Of a stretch of DNA of 64,000 nucleotides, positions 13,366-25,317 are shown piece by piece; positions within the stretch are counted from its first letter, which is position 1, and each line of letters opens with the position of its first letter. Below the pieces are notes generated by a model. That model worked only from the letters and a program-made list of their open reading frames with translations, ran no database searches and was not told where the DNA came from. This DNA comes from Sphyrna mokarran (lineage: Eukaryota): contig JAGIQG010000009.1 of assembly GCA_024679065.1 (NCBI GenBank), positions 102,424,001-102,488,000 of the forward strand, written 5' to 3'. The position numbers and the translations under genes were made by a program.

Positions 13366-15261
13366 TTAGTTCCCTTGAATTTTGTTGTTTGTCATCAGAC
13401 TCAATTCATTTGGTTAAAAATAATCCAAATAAACGTGTTTTGGTTTACAGATCCAAATTAGTAATTCAAAAAAGAAGTCCACCATTACTTTCCCCATTTA
13501 CTTAATAGCGATAACTTGTAATTTCCACAGTTTGTCTTAACCCAAACAGGATATCAGCAGTTATCACAGAATCCCTAGAGTGTGGAAGGAGGCCATTTGG
13601 CCCATTGAGTCTACTCTGACCACAATCCCATCCAAGCCTTATTTCCATAATCCTATTTAGTTTCCCTGACACTAAGGATCAATTTAGCATGGCCAATCCA
13701 CTTAACCTGCACACCTTTGGACTGTGAGAGGAAACTGGAGCACCGGGAGGGAACCCACACAGACATGGGGAGAATGTGCAAACTCCACATAGACAGTGAC
13801 CCAAGTCGGGAATCAAAATTGGCTCCCTGGCATCATTGGACTACTAGTCATTCAATCTCTTCACATCTTTTCTTCCCTCTCTTTAAGGTGTTGGGTGAGA
13901 AATTGAGCTTGTTAACCCTCAATTTTTGAATGCGATAAACTTCCTTGAAGCTCCAAGAGGGTATCTGTGACGCACAGATTAACTGGGGGGCTGAATTTCA
14001 TGTTGCTTCAGGCTTACAGTGAATGGACATTGGGATATTCAAAGCAGGCCAGTGTCAATTAGCATGCAACACTGAATGTTGGCAATGCTGTCATTTTAGA
14101 ACTCAATGCACCAGCTTCACTATCCCTTCACCTTGCAGAGTTGAACACACACTAAGCAGTTGAAAGGGCACCCCACCATTATTACTAAAAGAGTAATCAC
14201 AGTTACAATAAATTGAAGAGAACAGGGAGTGAGGCTGTGGTGTTTCACTATTGTGCGTGTGGGGTTGGGGGGGAAGTGAGAACACTTTCAGGCAATTTCA
14301 GACATTATTGTTAAATATCTGAAACTGATGTGTGAAAGTGACATGCTACTCAGGTTGGCACACAGTGGTGGGTTTTTTACTATGGGCTGGGGGAGGGGAT
14401 ACCAGCCTTCTCTGAGGCTGTCCCTGGCAGTGTCTGAGAACTGGGGCAACATGTACAAACTGCGACTCTTGTAAAACTCATGCTGCTCCCGCCAGACGGA
14501 CATAAGATTCCCCCCCTCACCGGCAAAACACAGACAACCCATACCCACATACTGTTAAAATCCCAGCCGAGAAACTGGCTACAATTGGCTTCACAAATTA
14601 CTCATTTTTTTCAGATCCCAGTGTTTGCTAATGAACAGCCTTTAGCTTCTCTTTTGCAGAACCTGCCTAACTCTTAGGAAAGATTTTATTGCTTATAATT
14701 CCTTCCATTCTAGTGCTAAATTCTTGTCTCACCCAGTCACACTCCACCCCACCCCCTACCCCTCTGGCTTCAAGTTGACAGCTTAAAGCCTTTTGTTTCT
14801 ACTTTTCAGAGGATGTTGTGGGCCACTGACTAGTCCTTTGGGTTGAGTGAATTATGGAGTCAGCTACGAGTTGGGCATGGAAGTTTCTTTGATGCAGCAA
14901 AGAGTTGGGGTTTGGATGCACTATTTGTGGTGGAGAGGGGTTCAGTTGAAGCATTCCAGCACGGTGGCACAGTGGTTAGTGCTGCTGCCTCATGCTGCTG
15001 GGGACCTGGGTTTAATTCTGGCCTTGGGTCAACGTCTGTGTGGAATTTGCATGTCCTCCCCGTGTCTGTGTGGGTTTCCTACATGTGCTCCACTCCAAAA
15101 GTATGCAGGTTAGTTGGATTGGCCATGTTCAATTGCCCCTTAATATCTAGGGGATTAACAGGGTAAATATGCGGGTATTGGCTTGGCTGGGATTGTTGTT
15201 GCTGCAGGCTCGATGGGCCGAAAAGCTTCTTTTTCGCAATGCAAAGATTCTATGATTCCAA

Positions 15262-15715
15262 GAGAGGTGATCGCCTAGTAGTAATATCACTTGATTATTA
15301 ATCCAGAAACTCACAAATATTCTGGGGACAAAAACAGAAAATGCTGGAGAATCTCAGCAGGCCCGACAGCATATATGGAGCGAGAATAGAGCCAACGTTT
15401 AAGTCTGGATGACCCCTCATCAGAGTTGCTAATGTTCTGGTTCAAATCCTGCCACAGCAGATTGAAGTTGAATTCAATAAAAAGAACTGGAAATAAGAAT
15501 CCACTAATAACCATGAAACCATTGTCAGTTGTCAGAATTGTCTAATTCACTACTGTCCTTTAGGGAAGGAAATCTGCCATCTTTACCCGGTCTGACTGAC
15601 GTGTGGGTTCAGAGTCACAGCAATGTGGTTGACTCTTAACTGTCCTCAGGCAGCTATGAATGGGCAATAAATTTTGGATGGCCACTGACCCCCATGTCTC
15701 ACAAATGAATTTTGA
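15262..15715 (+). mobile_element. Deu-domain SINE (SacSINE-like; representative)
   Basis: tRNA-like head gcctagtagtaatatcact...ggttcaaatcc and Deu-like core tttagggaaggaaatctgcc...cacagcaatgtggttgactcttaactg. Related copies at ~7720, 21060, 23180-23870, 24195, 33575, 50300, 52060, 52290, 61680, 63295. Confidence 0.8.
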
Positions 15716-16134
15716 AACATAATGACATCTTCAACAAGAGAGAAATGTTCCCCTCCAATCCACACACCGTCTCGACTTGGAAATATATTACCATTCCTTT
15801 AGAGTGAAAATTCTGGAATTCCCTCTCTCACAGCACTGTGGGCTCACCTATACCACATTGACTGAACAGTTCAAGAAGGTCTCTCATCACCACTTTCTCA
15901 GGAGAAATTAGGATGGACAATAGCAGTGACACTCGCATCCCACAAACACATTTTTAAATGATTTTGAATTTCAGATGTGGCCAATTTGCCAGAAAGTGAA
16001 CATTATTTTTGTTTCATATCTTCACACACACATTTCTCCCTTTGGGAAAAAGCTGGGGTTGAATTAGAAAGGTCAACGGGCTGATTGCCAACTTGTTGAA
16101 CTGTAGGTTTATTCATTTATTAGTGTCACAAGTC

Positions 16135-16530
16135 ATCTCATAAGATAAAGGTGCACGGTGTTACAGGTAATCTATTAGCATGGAGAGAGGATTGGTTCAC
16201 TAACAGAAAGCAAAGAGTGGGGGTAAATGGGTGTTTTTCTGGTTGGCGATCAGTGACTAGTGGTGTGCCTTAGGGTTCAGTGTTGGGACCGCAATTGCTA
16301 CGATTTACATAGATGATTTGGAGTTGAGGATCAAGTGTATTCACAATTCGCAGATGACACTAAGATGGGTGGAAGGGTAAAATATGCAGAGGACACTGAA
16401 AGTCTGCAAAGGGATATCGATAGCTAAGTGAGTGGGCGAGGGTCTGGCAGATGGAATACAATGTTGATAAATGTGAGTCATGCATTTTGGTAGGAATAAC
16501 AGCAACGTGGACTATTATTAAATGGTAAAA
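16135..16530 (+). mobile_element. CR1 RT fragment
   Basis: gtgactagtggtgtgcct...gttcagtgttgggacc and ttcgcagatgacactaag (FADDTK). Confidence 0.8.
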
Positions 16531-16819
16531 GATGAGCTGAGCCAGACCGACCAAATAATTAGTATGTCTTCTTTGTCCACCAACTCCTGGTTTTGGACTT
16601 GAACCCATGATCAACTGAGCTAAAATTCCAGGAATTGGAAATGGGGAGTACAGAAAAACATAATTGCAAAAATCTGACTGAAAATGAAGCACGGTTCCAC
16701 TCTAAATATACAGAAATAGGAGCAGGAATAGGCCATTCATTATGTCATGGCTGATTAAAAAGCCAAAAGTCTTTTAGCACACTCAGATTGGGATCAGTTG
16801 GGGTCAGGTTTGCTCACAA

Positions 16820-17630
16820 TGCTACAGTCGTGGGTCAGATCGCAAACAATGATGAGATAGTGTACAGGAATGAGATAGAGAATCTGGTGAAGTGGTGTGA
16901 CAATGATAATGTCTCACTCAATGTCAACTAAATGAAGGAGATTGTCATCGACTTCAGGAAGCTTAGTGAAGAACATGCCCCTGACCACATCAATGAGGAT
17001 GAAGTAGAGATCATCAAAAGGTTCGTGTTTTTAGGTGTCCAGATCACCAACAAGCTGTTCTGGTTCTCCCATGCTGACACTATAGTTAAGAAAGCCCACC
17101 AATGTTTCTACTTTCTCAGAAGACAAAGGAAAATTGGCATGTCAGCTAAGACTCTCACCAACTTTCACAGATGCACTAAAGAAAGCATTCTTTCTGGTTG
17201 TATCACAGCTTGGTATGGCTCCAGCTTTGCCCAAGGCTGCAAGAAACTACAAAATGTAGCCCAATCCATCACGCAAATCTGCTTCCCTGCTGCCTCGGAA
17301 AAGCAGCCAGCATAATTAAGGACCTCAAGCACCCCAGACATATTCTCTTCTGCTTTCTTCCATCAGGAAAAAAATAGAAAAGTCTGAGCTCATGTACCAA
17401 CTGACTCAAGAACAGCTTCTTCCCTGTTGCCACCAGGCTTTTGAATGGACCTACCTTTCATTAAATTGATCTTTCTCTACACCCTACCTATGACTGTACA
17501 ATTACATTCTGTACTCTCTCCTTTCCTTCTTGTTGAATAGTATGCTTTGTCTCTGCAGCATGCAAGAAACAGTACTTTTTACTGTATGCTAATACATGTG
17601 ACAATGTTAATTCAAATCAAATCAACTCAA
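16820..17630 (+). mobile_element. Rex1/Babar-type LINE 3' portion
   Basis: KEIVIDFRK...KKAHQCFYFLRR...ESILSGCITAWYG, with (TCAAA)n tail. Confidence 0.85.
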
Positions 17631-17668
17631 AAATCAAATAGCGGACTGTGGGTTCAAGTGCCATTCTG

Positions 17669-19132
17669 GAACCAGAAAAAGAGAAAATGAGAAATAAGGA
17701 GAGGAGGGGAGAGAAAAGAAGAGATGGAGCGAGAGGAAGCAAAGTAAGGGATGTGAGAGAAAAATCAGAGAGAGGGAATGGAGAAAATGTCACAGAAAAC
17801 AGAGAGAGTGAAAGGGAGCAAATCTGAGTGAGAGATTAAGTAGGGGAAAAGAGATTAAGAGGGAGTTAAGAAGGGTTAGTGAAAGTCAGGAAGACAAAAT
17901 TCCAGATCCCTTCTGGATCCTGAAGGAATAAATGTCTGAGGTCCTGGAATTTAAGCACCAAATCCACGTTGGCATTTAAATGCAGTGAAGGATTGTTGCA
18001 TTGTCAGGGGTGCCATTTTCTGCATGAACTTCACCAGAGAATCCTCAAAGATAATTAGGGAAGATTTATCTCTCAAATAAAAACAAAGATAACTTAAACA
18101 TTATCACTCGCTTACGAAAGCTTTCTGCAGGCAGATTGGCTTGTGTTTCCTGGGTTACTCATGACCAATTGTTTGCATTCAATTACTCCCACACCTTTAT
18201 CATCTCTAAGAATTTGGTGAGGTTTTCCAAGCATTTTCACACTACTTCAAGTCTGTGTTTTCTGTTTCTGATTGTTGTCTCTCAGTTTGAGTATTTCATC
18301 GCTCTGCGCTTAAGTAAAGACTCTAAAGTTTTCCTTCCCCCAGAACATAAATCTAGTTGGTTCCTTCCTCCTTGTTGAAATAAGTTTTACTTTAGTTCAC
18401 TCTTCAGTTCTCAACTACACAACCTCAATCAGTAATGCCTGCAAATATTTTAACTAAATGTACACTCACTGATTTTATTTTCACGTGATTTTATACTGTT
18501 TAAAGATCACGAAAAGTGAAGTATCAGTATTAGTATTAAACTGTATGTTTTCAGTTCAAATTGAAAAATCCCTACAGTGCAGAAGTAGGTCATTCCGCCT
18601 ATCGAGCCTGCACCAACTCTCTGAGAGAGTGTCTTGCCCAGACACTCTTCACCCACTCCCCCCCCCCCACCAAAAATCCCCCTAATCCTGTACTTTTACC
18701 ATGGGTAATCCATCTAACCTACACATCTATGGATTGTGGAAGGAACCGGAGCACCCAGAGGAATCCATATTTTAGAGAGAATGTGCAAACTCCACACAAC
18801 TCCAAGCTGGGACTCAAACCCATTGCTAACCATTGTGCTACCGTGCCATAATTTCCAGGACCTCAGACATCTATTCCCTCAGGATCCAGAAGGGCTCTGG
18901 AATTTTGTCTTCCTGACTTTCACTGACCCTTCTTAACTCCCTCTCAATCTCTTTTCCCCTACTTAATCTCTCACTCAGATTTGCTCCCTTTCACTTTCTC
19001 TGTTTTCTATGACATTTTCTCCACTCCCTCTCTCTGATTTTTCTCTTACATCCCTTAATTTGCTTCCTCTCGCTCCATCTCTCCTTTCCTCTCCTCCCTC
19101 TCCTTATTTCTCATTTTCTCTTTTTCCGGTTC
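17669..19132. repeat. ~282-bp inverted duplication (arms 17669-17950 and 18851-19132)
   Basis: Purine-rich left arm is the near-exact reverse complement of the pyrimidine-rich right arm. Confidence 0.93.
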
Positions 19133-20747
19133 AGGGTGCAAAAGAACAACTCAAGAAAGTGAAAGCTGGACAGACAGCATCACTGGAGACCAATAGAAAT
19201 GGCCAAGACACTGTAAGAGTGACAGAACACCGATGGAGGGTCAAGAAACTGAAAAGCTATTTGTCTCATTTACAGTGCTTTTCATACAACTGGGTACTCT
19301 TATACTTTTCAGCAGTACCCAGCCGCTTTGTAGTTAAACACATTTATCAACAAGGCAGTAAAGGAAATGCAAAAGAGAGAGAAAATTGGAATGTTCAGAT
19401 AAGCCATGAACTTAAGGAGAGCACGGCAACCTGCATGGGTCAAATGGCATACTCCTGCTGTGATTTCTTATCATCTTGTCTGTGAGGGCAGAGAGGAGCC
19501 ATGCAAAAAGAATGGAGAGTGTTCTCAACACATCATCCTGTCACGCTAAATTAAGAATTCCATAATGGCTCCCAGTCCAGTCTAACATCCCAGCTGCTGA
19601 CATACAGTGGAAGGCAGAATAGTGAAAGACTTGGACCACATTGAAGTTAACCCAGATGTGTCAATCATGTATTAGTCCAAGCCTCTGGATAACATATGCA
19701 GTATTAGTAGAGTAGTAAGCTGGCACAGTGGTTAGCACTGCTGCCTCAAAGTGCCAGATATCCTGGTTCAATTCCCAGCTTGGGTCACTGTCTGTATGGA
19801 GTTTACACATTCTGCCCGGATCTGCATAGGTTTCCTCTGGGTACCCTGGTTTCCTCCCACAGTCTATTAGGTGCATTAGCCATGCTAAATTCTCTCTCAG
19901 TGAATCTGAAAGGCATCAGAATATGGCGACTACAAATTTTCATAGCAACCTCTTTGCAGTGTTAGTGTAAGCTACTTGTGACACTATTAACATACTTTTC
20001 TACTTCCCCGACTCAACGTATTCTGTCAGTTCCAAATATTTATGAACATAGAGTTACTCTGGTAAAAAGAGGCCATTTGGCTCAAAAAAAATGTATGTTG
20101 GCTTCTAAAGTACAACCAGTCCAAATCCCCCCTCAATTTTGTAATCCTACAATTAATTTCCCTCAAGTATCCATTCAATTTAGAATCATAGAATCCCTAC
20201 AGTGCAGAAGGAGGCCATTCGGCCCATCGAGTCTACATCACCTACAATCTCACCCAGGCCATATTTCTGTAACCCCACATATTTACCTTGCTAATCCCCC
20301 AAAATTAGGGTCAATTTAGCATGGCCAATCAACCTATCCTGAATATCTTTTGACTGTGGGAAGAAATTGGAACACCCAGAGGAAACCGATGGGGAGAATG
20401 TGCAAACTTTACACAGTCAATGACCCGAGGCCAGAATTGAACCTGGGTGCCCAGTACTGTGGGACAGCAGTGTTAATAACTGTGCTTTTGGAATAATTGA
20501 TTATCTTTACATTTAACATCTTCAATGGCAATGAGTCCCAGGATCATGACCATTTGCTGCATAAAAAAGCTATTTCAATATTCCCATTGCATCTTAGCCA
20601 CAAGCCTTATATTTGTCACTTCTACCTTATCTAAACCTGCTATAAGCTTGTACACCTCCATCATGCCTCTCAATCTCCAAGTACAACCCTAACTTCTCCA
20701 ATCTAACCTTTAGCAAAAATCCTCATCCATGGGCTAAATATCCTCTG

Positions 20748-21025
20748 TAAAGTTTTACAATACCAATTTTAAATCCAACCAATTTATTTGATAGTAAATC
20801 CACGAGCTTTCAACTTTACAGCCTTCATCATTACAGATTGCAATCTGTAACTGTCTGTGTGGATATGAGTGCCTCTGCAGATCAGAACACTGCATTTGCC
20901 TGACGAAGGCTGTAAAGTCGAAAGCTCGCGGATTTACGATCAAATAAATTGGTTGGATTTAAAATTGGTGTTGTAAAACTTTACTGAGTTTACCCCAGTC
21001 CAACTCCGGCATCTCTACATCATGA
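20748..21025 (+). mobile_element. Short fold-back Penelope pLTR insertion
   Basis: ~84-bp inverted arms (20747-20830 vs 20901-20984). Ends catctctacatcatga like other pLTRs. Perfect 14-bp TSD ctaaatatcctctg at 20734-20747 and 21026-21039. Confidence 0.88.
20894..20933 (+). ncRNA. Minimal type I hammerhead ribozyme motif
   Basis: Stem I AUUUGC/GCGGAU, core CUGACGA 20900-20906, stem II GGCU-GUAA-AGUC, GAAA 20920-20923, palindromic AGCU stem III, CUC cleavage triplet. Confidence 0.8.
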
Positions 21026-23904
21026 CTAAATATCCTCTGCACCATAGCAGAATGGTGCTATAGCAGCAAGGTCACTGAACTAGTAACCCAGAAGTCATGA
21101 TCTTGGAGATATGGGCTTGAATCCCTTTATTGGTGGGTTCAAACTCAATTAATAAATCTGGAATGTAAAAAGAATTAGTAATGGCAGCCACGAAACTATT
21201 GTTAAAGCCCATCTTCTTTAATTCATTCATGTGACATGGCTGGTAGTATTTATTGCCTATCCTTAAATCATTAATATCCCTTTAGGGAAGGAAGTTTGCC
21301 ATTCTTACACAGCTTGGCCTACATGATGTGACTTCAGACCCACACAATGTCAGGGGTAAGTTTTTCACTCAGAGGGTGGTGAGTGAGTAGAATCGGCTGC
21401 CGTCGGTGGTGGTGGTAGAGGCGAACTTGCTGGAATCTTTTGAGGCACTTCTGGATGAGTACATAGGATTTAATGGGATTGAAGGTTATAGATGGGTCTG
21501 GTAGATGGGGACACGATCAGCGCAACTTGTGGGCCGAAGGGCCTGCTTGTGCTATAGTGTTCTATGTTCTATGGAGTTGACTCTGAAATGGTCTGACAAG
21601 CCACTAATAAAGAAAAATAGAGCCTCGTTAAGTGTGTTCACTAGAATTGAATGTAATGTGGCTCAATCACAGATACATGAAGGTTCATCGTAACTTTTAT
21701 TGCTGTGGACTGAACACTTTGCCTAATAAAGCTTTGGGTTGCTTACTCTTTGCTGATTAAGTCAATGAATCAATAACACCTGCAAAGATTAATGCAAATG
21801 AACTCACAGCTTCTTCCCTCCCTGCACCCTCTTGAGGGTTATGTTAAAAGGCATCATCTCAAATATCTTTCTCTCTGCCTTTTCCCGTTGGCCCATGCCT
21901 TCTTGCTTTCAATTTCTATTTTGTTCAAAGTTTGTCACTGCAGGTTAGATATCATTAACAAATATTGGGTAGGAATTCTCATGTCAGAATTTCCAGCACC
22001 CCCACCTGTGGGATTTCTGCTGGTGTGGAGGCAGGGGCTGGAGGGTGACATCAATGAGAATTTCCATTGACAATGGTGAGACCAGAGAATCCGCCACTAG
22101 CAAACAACCCGCCACCTCCCACCAGTGCAAAACACACAGTCAGGAGTCTGAAGAATCTTGTCCTTAGAAATTCAACAGATGATATCAAAGTTTGAAAGCT
22201 TATTTGTTAGTGTCATAAGTAGGCTTACATTAACACTGCAATGAAGCTACCATGAAAATCCCCTAGTCGCCACACTCTGGCACCTATTCGGGTACACGGA
22301 GGGAGAATTTAGCATGGTCAATGCTCTCTAACTAGCACAGTTCTTTTGGACTGTGGGAGGAAACCGGAGGATCTGGAGGAAAACCAGGGAGAATATACAT
22401 ATTCCCACCCAAGATGAGAATCGAACTAGGATCGCTGGCACTGTGAAGCCACAGTACTCACCACCGTCACTAAACTGGTGATCTGGAAATGCACGTTGTG
22501 CTCTGGGGACCCAGGTTCAAGTCCCTCAATGGCAGACGGTGAAATTTCAATTCAATAAAAATCTGGAGTTAAAGTCTATCGATGACCATGAAACCATATA
22601 TCTTGAGAGAAAAAGTAGTCCTCACCCTCAGGAGACACCACTGTCTACCTTCCTCCGGTTAGAGAAAAAACATTTACTACCACCCATTGTTCACTATTCT
22701 TGTGCTAATAATTTTGTCCAAGTTAACAACTATCCTCCTATTCCATGAGCTTCCATCTGATTGGCCATGCTAAATTGACTCTATAGGGTCAATAGGCCTG
22801 GATGGGATTGTGGGCGGTTCACAATGTTGTGAAAAATATTGTCAAAGGCTGTCTTAAAATCTATGTAGATAATATTTATTCCATTGCTTTCACCAATTCA
22901 CTTTGCTACTTCATCAACAAATTCAATCAGATGAGTAAGCAAGATTTGGCTTTTACAAATCCACGCTGGTTGTCCTGAATTAACTCAAATCTCTCAGAGA
23001 GCATGTTGATACGCTTCCTGGTCATTGCTTCTCATACCTTGCCCTCTAAGCTGAGCAACCATGTGCCAGTCCATCAGATGCCACGCACTTAACTATGAGT
23101 ACTGTTGCTGCTTCCTTGAGTTGTGATATGGCTGGGTTTCCTTTGGTGCCTGATCCTGCTGCGTATGGCCAGCCAACCAGGGGGAGGCAGTAGCGTAGTG
23201 GTATCGTCATTGGGCTGGTGATTTGGAAATGCACAGCAGTGCCCTGGATTCCAGTCCCTCGATGGCAGTTGGTGAAATTTGAATTCAATAAACATCTGGA
23301 ATTAAAGTCTAATGATGACTATGAAATAATTGCCGTAAAAACCCACTTTTGTTTTTCAGTCATGAATAACTGTTGCTGGCCAGGACAGCATTTGTTGACT
23401 TTCCCTTGTGGCCCTTATTCAGAGAGCAGAAGAGAGCTAACCACATTGCTGTTGCTCTGGAGTCACGTGTAGGCCAGAGCAGATAAGGATGGCAGATTTC
23501 CTTCCCTGAAGGACAGTAGTGAACCAGATGAATTTTTCTGACAATGGTTTCACTTTCATCAATAGATTCTTAAATCCAGGCACCTTTTTTTTTACTGAAT
23601 TCAAACTCCATCATCTGCTATTGCGAGATTCAAACCCAGGTCCCAAGAACATTAGCAAATTTCTGGATTGACAGTCTAGCCACACACCTGCCCACCCCAT
23701 TTGATTCACTGATGTCGTTTAGGGAAGGAAATTTCCTGTCCTTACTTGGTCTGGTCGGCCTATATGTGACTCCAGCCTAACAGCAATGTGGCTGACTCCT
23801 AATCTGCCTTCGACAGATGGACAGCAAATATAGGCCCAGCCAGCAATATACACAACCTCTGAATAAATAAAATAAAGGAGCAATAGTTGGTGCCTTACTG
23901 GGAC

Positions 23905-24030
23905 AGTTCAGGAAGTGAAAGAGAGAGTATTCTGGCAACAGAAAATTTGCAGAAAGGAAGTGCTAATTACAGAATTATGTATTTTTTTCAATTTGCAATG
24001 TATTAGTAAGCAGTCTCTATGACGTAAATA
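23905..24030 (+). promoter_or_regulatory. Candidate immune enhancer motif cluster
   Basis: GGAAGTGAAA (ETS-IRF composite) 23911-23920, AGGAAGTG 23955-23962, TGACGTAA 24020-24027 in unique sequence between SINEs. Confidence 0.3.
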
Positions 24031-24794
24031 TTTGTTTTTGAGACATATTATGGACTGGAAATTATGGAGACATATTATGCACTTGAGAATCAGCTTCCTT
24101 AATGCAATGGTTCCATTGTTTGCTCTCTTGTTGCCTGCTCTACTTCTAACAAGTTCTGCCATTTAATCAATCCTGGGAAATGAAATTTTAAAAAATTTAT
24201 TTATGGGACATAGGTGCCAGTGGCTTGCCAGCATTTATTGCCCAACCCTTTTTGCTCTTGGTGGGCAGTTGAGGGTCAATCACAATGTTGTGACTCTGGA
24301 GTCACATGTAGGCCAGACCAGGTAAGGATGGCAGATTTCCAACCCTAAAGGATATTAGTGAACAAGATAGGCCTTTCCAACAATTGACAATCATCAGTAC
24401 ATTCTTAGTTCCAAGTATTTTCTATTGAATTCAAATTCCACCAACTGCCATGGCAGGATTCAAACTTGGATCCCCAGAACATTAGCTGACTTTCTGGATT
24501 AATCATCCAGCAATAATATCATTAGGCCATCACTTTCCCACCTCAAAGCTAAGGAAATGAAGCACAAAACCAGACCAAATGCAGTTCATGCCTTGCCGCT
24601 CTTTACAAATATGAGAGAAAAATTACAGTGGGACCTATTCCCCAAATATGTGAATAAGAGAGGCTTTTTTAAGAACTCAATATTTATTGACTGTAATTCC
24701 AAGCTTATTGAATGAGTAGTTAACGATGTTTGCTGGACATTATATTTACAGGCTGAATCCTCCCTCTCTCTCTCGTGGTGAGTTTCAAGGAGGA

Positions 24795-25317
24795 ATAGAA
24801 CATAGAACATAGAACACTACAGCACAAACAGGCCCTTCGGCCCACAAGTTGTGCCGAACACATCAAAACCTACCCAGCCATAGACCTATCTATAACCCCA
24901 ATCCCATTGGATCCCATATACTCATCCAGAAGTCTTTTAAAAGACCCCAGCGAGTTCGCCTCGACCACCACCGACGGCAGCCGATTCCATTCACTCACCA
25001 CCCTCTGAGTGAAAAACTTTCCCCTAGCATCCCCTCTGTACTTGCTTCCCTGCACCTTAAATCTGTGCCCTCTCGTCGCGACCATTTCAGCCCTGGGAAA
25101 TAGTCTCTGAGAGTCCACCCTATCTATTCCTCTCAACATCTTGTAAACCTCTATCAGGTCGCCTCTCAACCTTCGTCTCTCCAGGGAGAACAGTCCCAGC
25201 TCCCTCAACCTGTCTTCATAAGGCATGCCTCCCAATCCAGGCAACATCCTTGTAAATCTCCTCTGCACCCTTTCAATAGCTTCCACGTCCTTCCTATAGT
25301 GAGGCGACCAGAACTGA
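24795..25317 (-). mobile_element. CR1 3' end
   Basis: ERVQRRFTRMLPG...LFSLERRRLRGDLIEVYK...FFTQRVVSEWN; (catagaa)n tail. Confidence 0.93.

Noticed and set aside
19009-19485. 158-aa ORF
   Set aside because: Begins in the pyrimidine-rich inverted-repeat arm; no domain or splice support.
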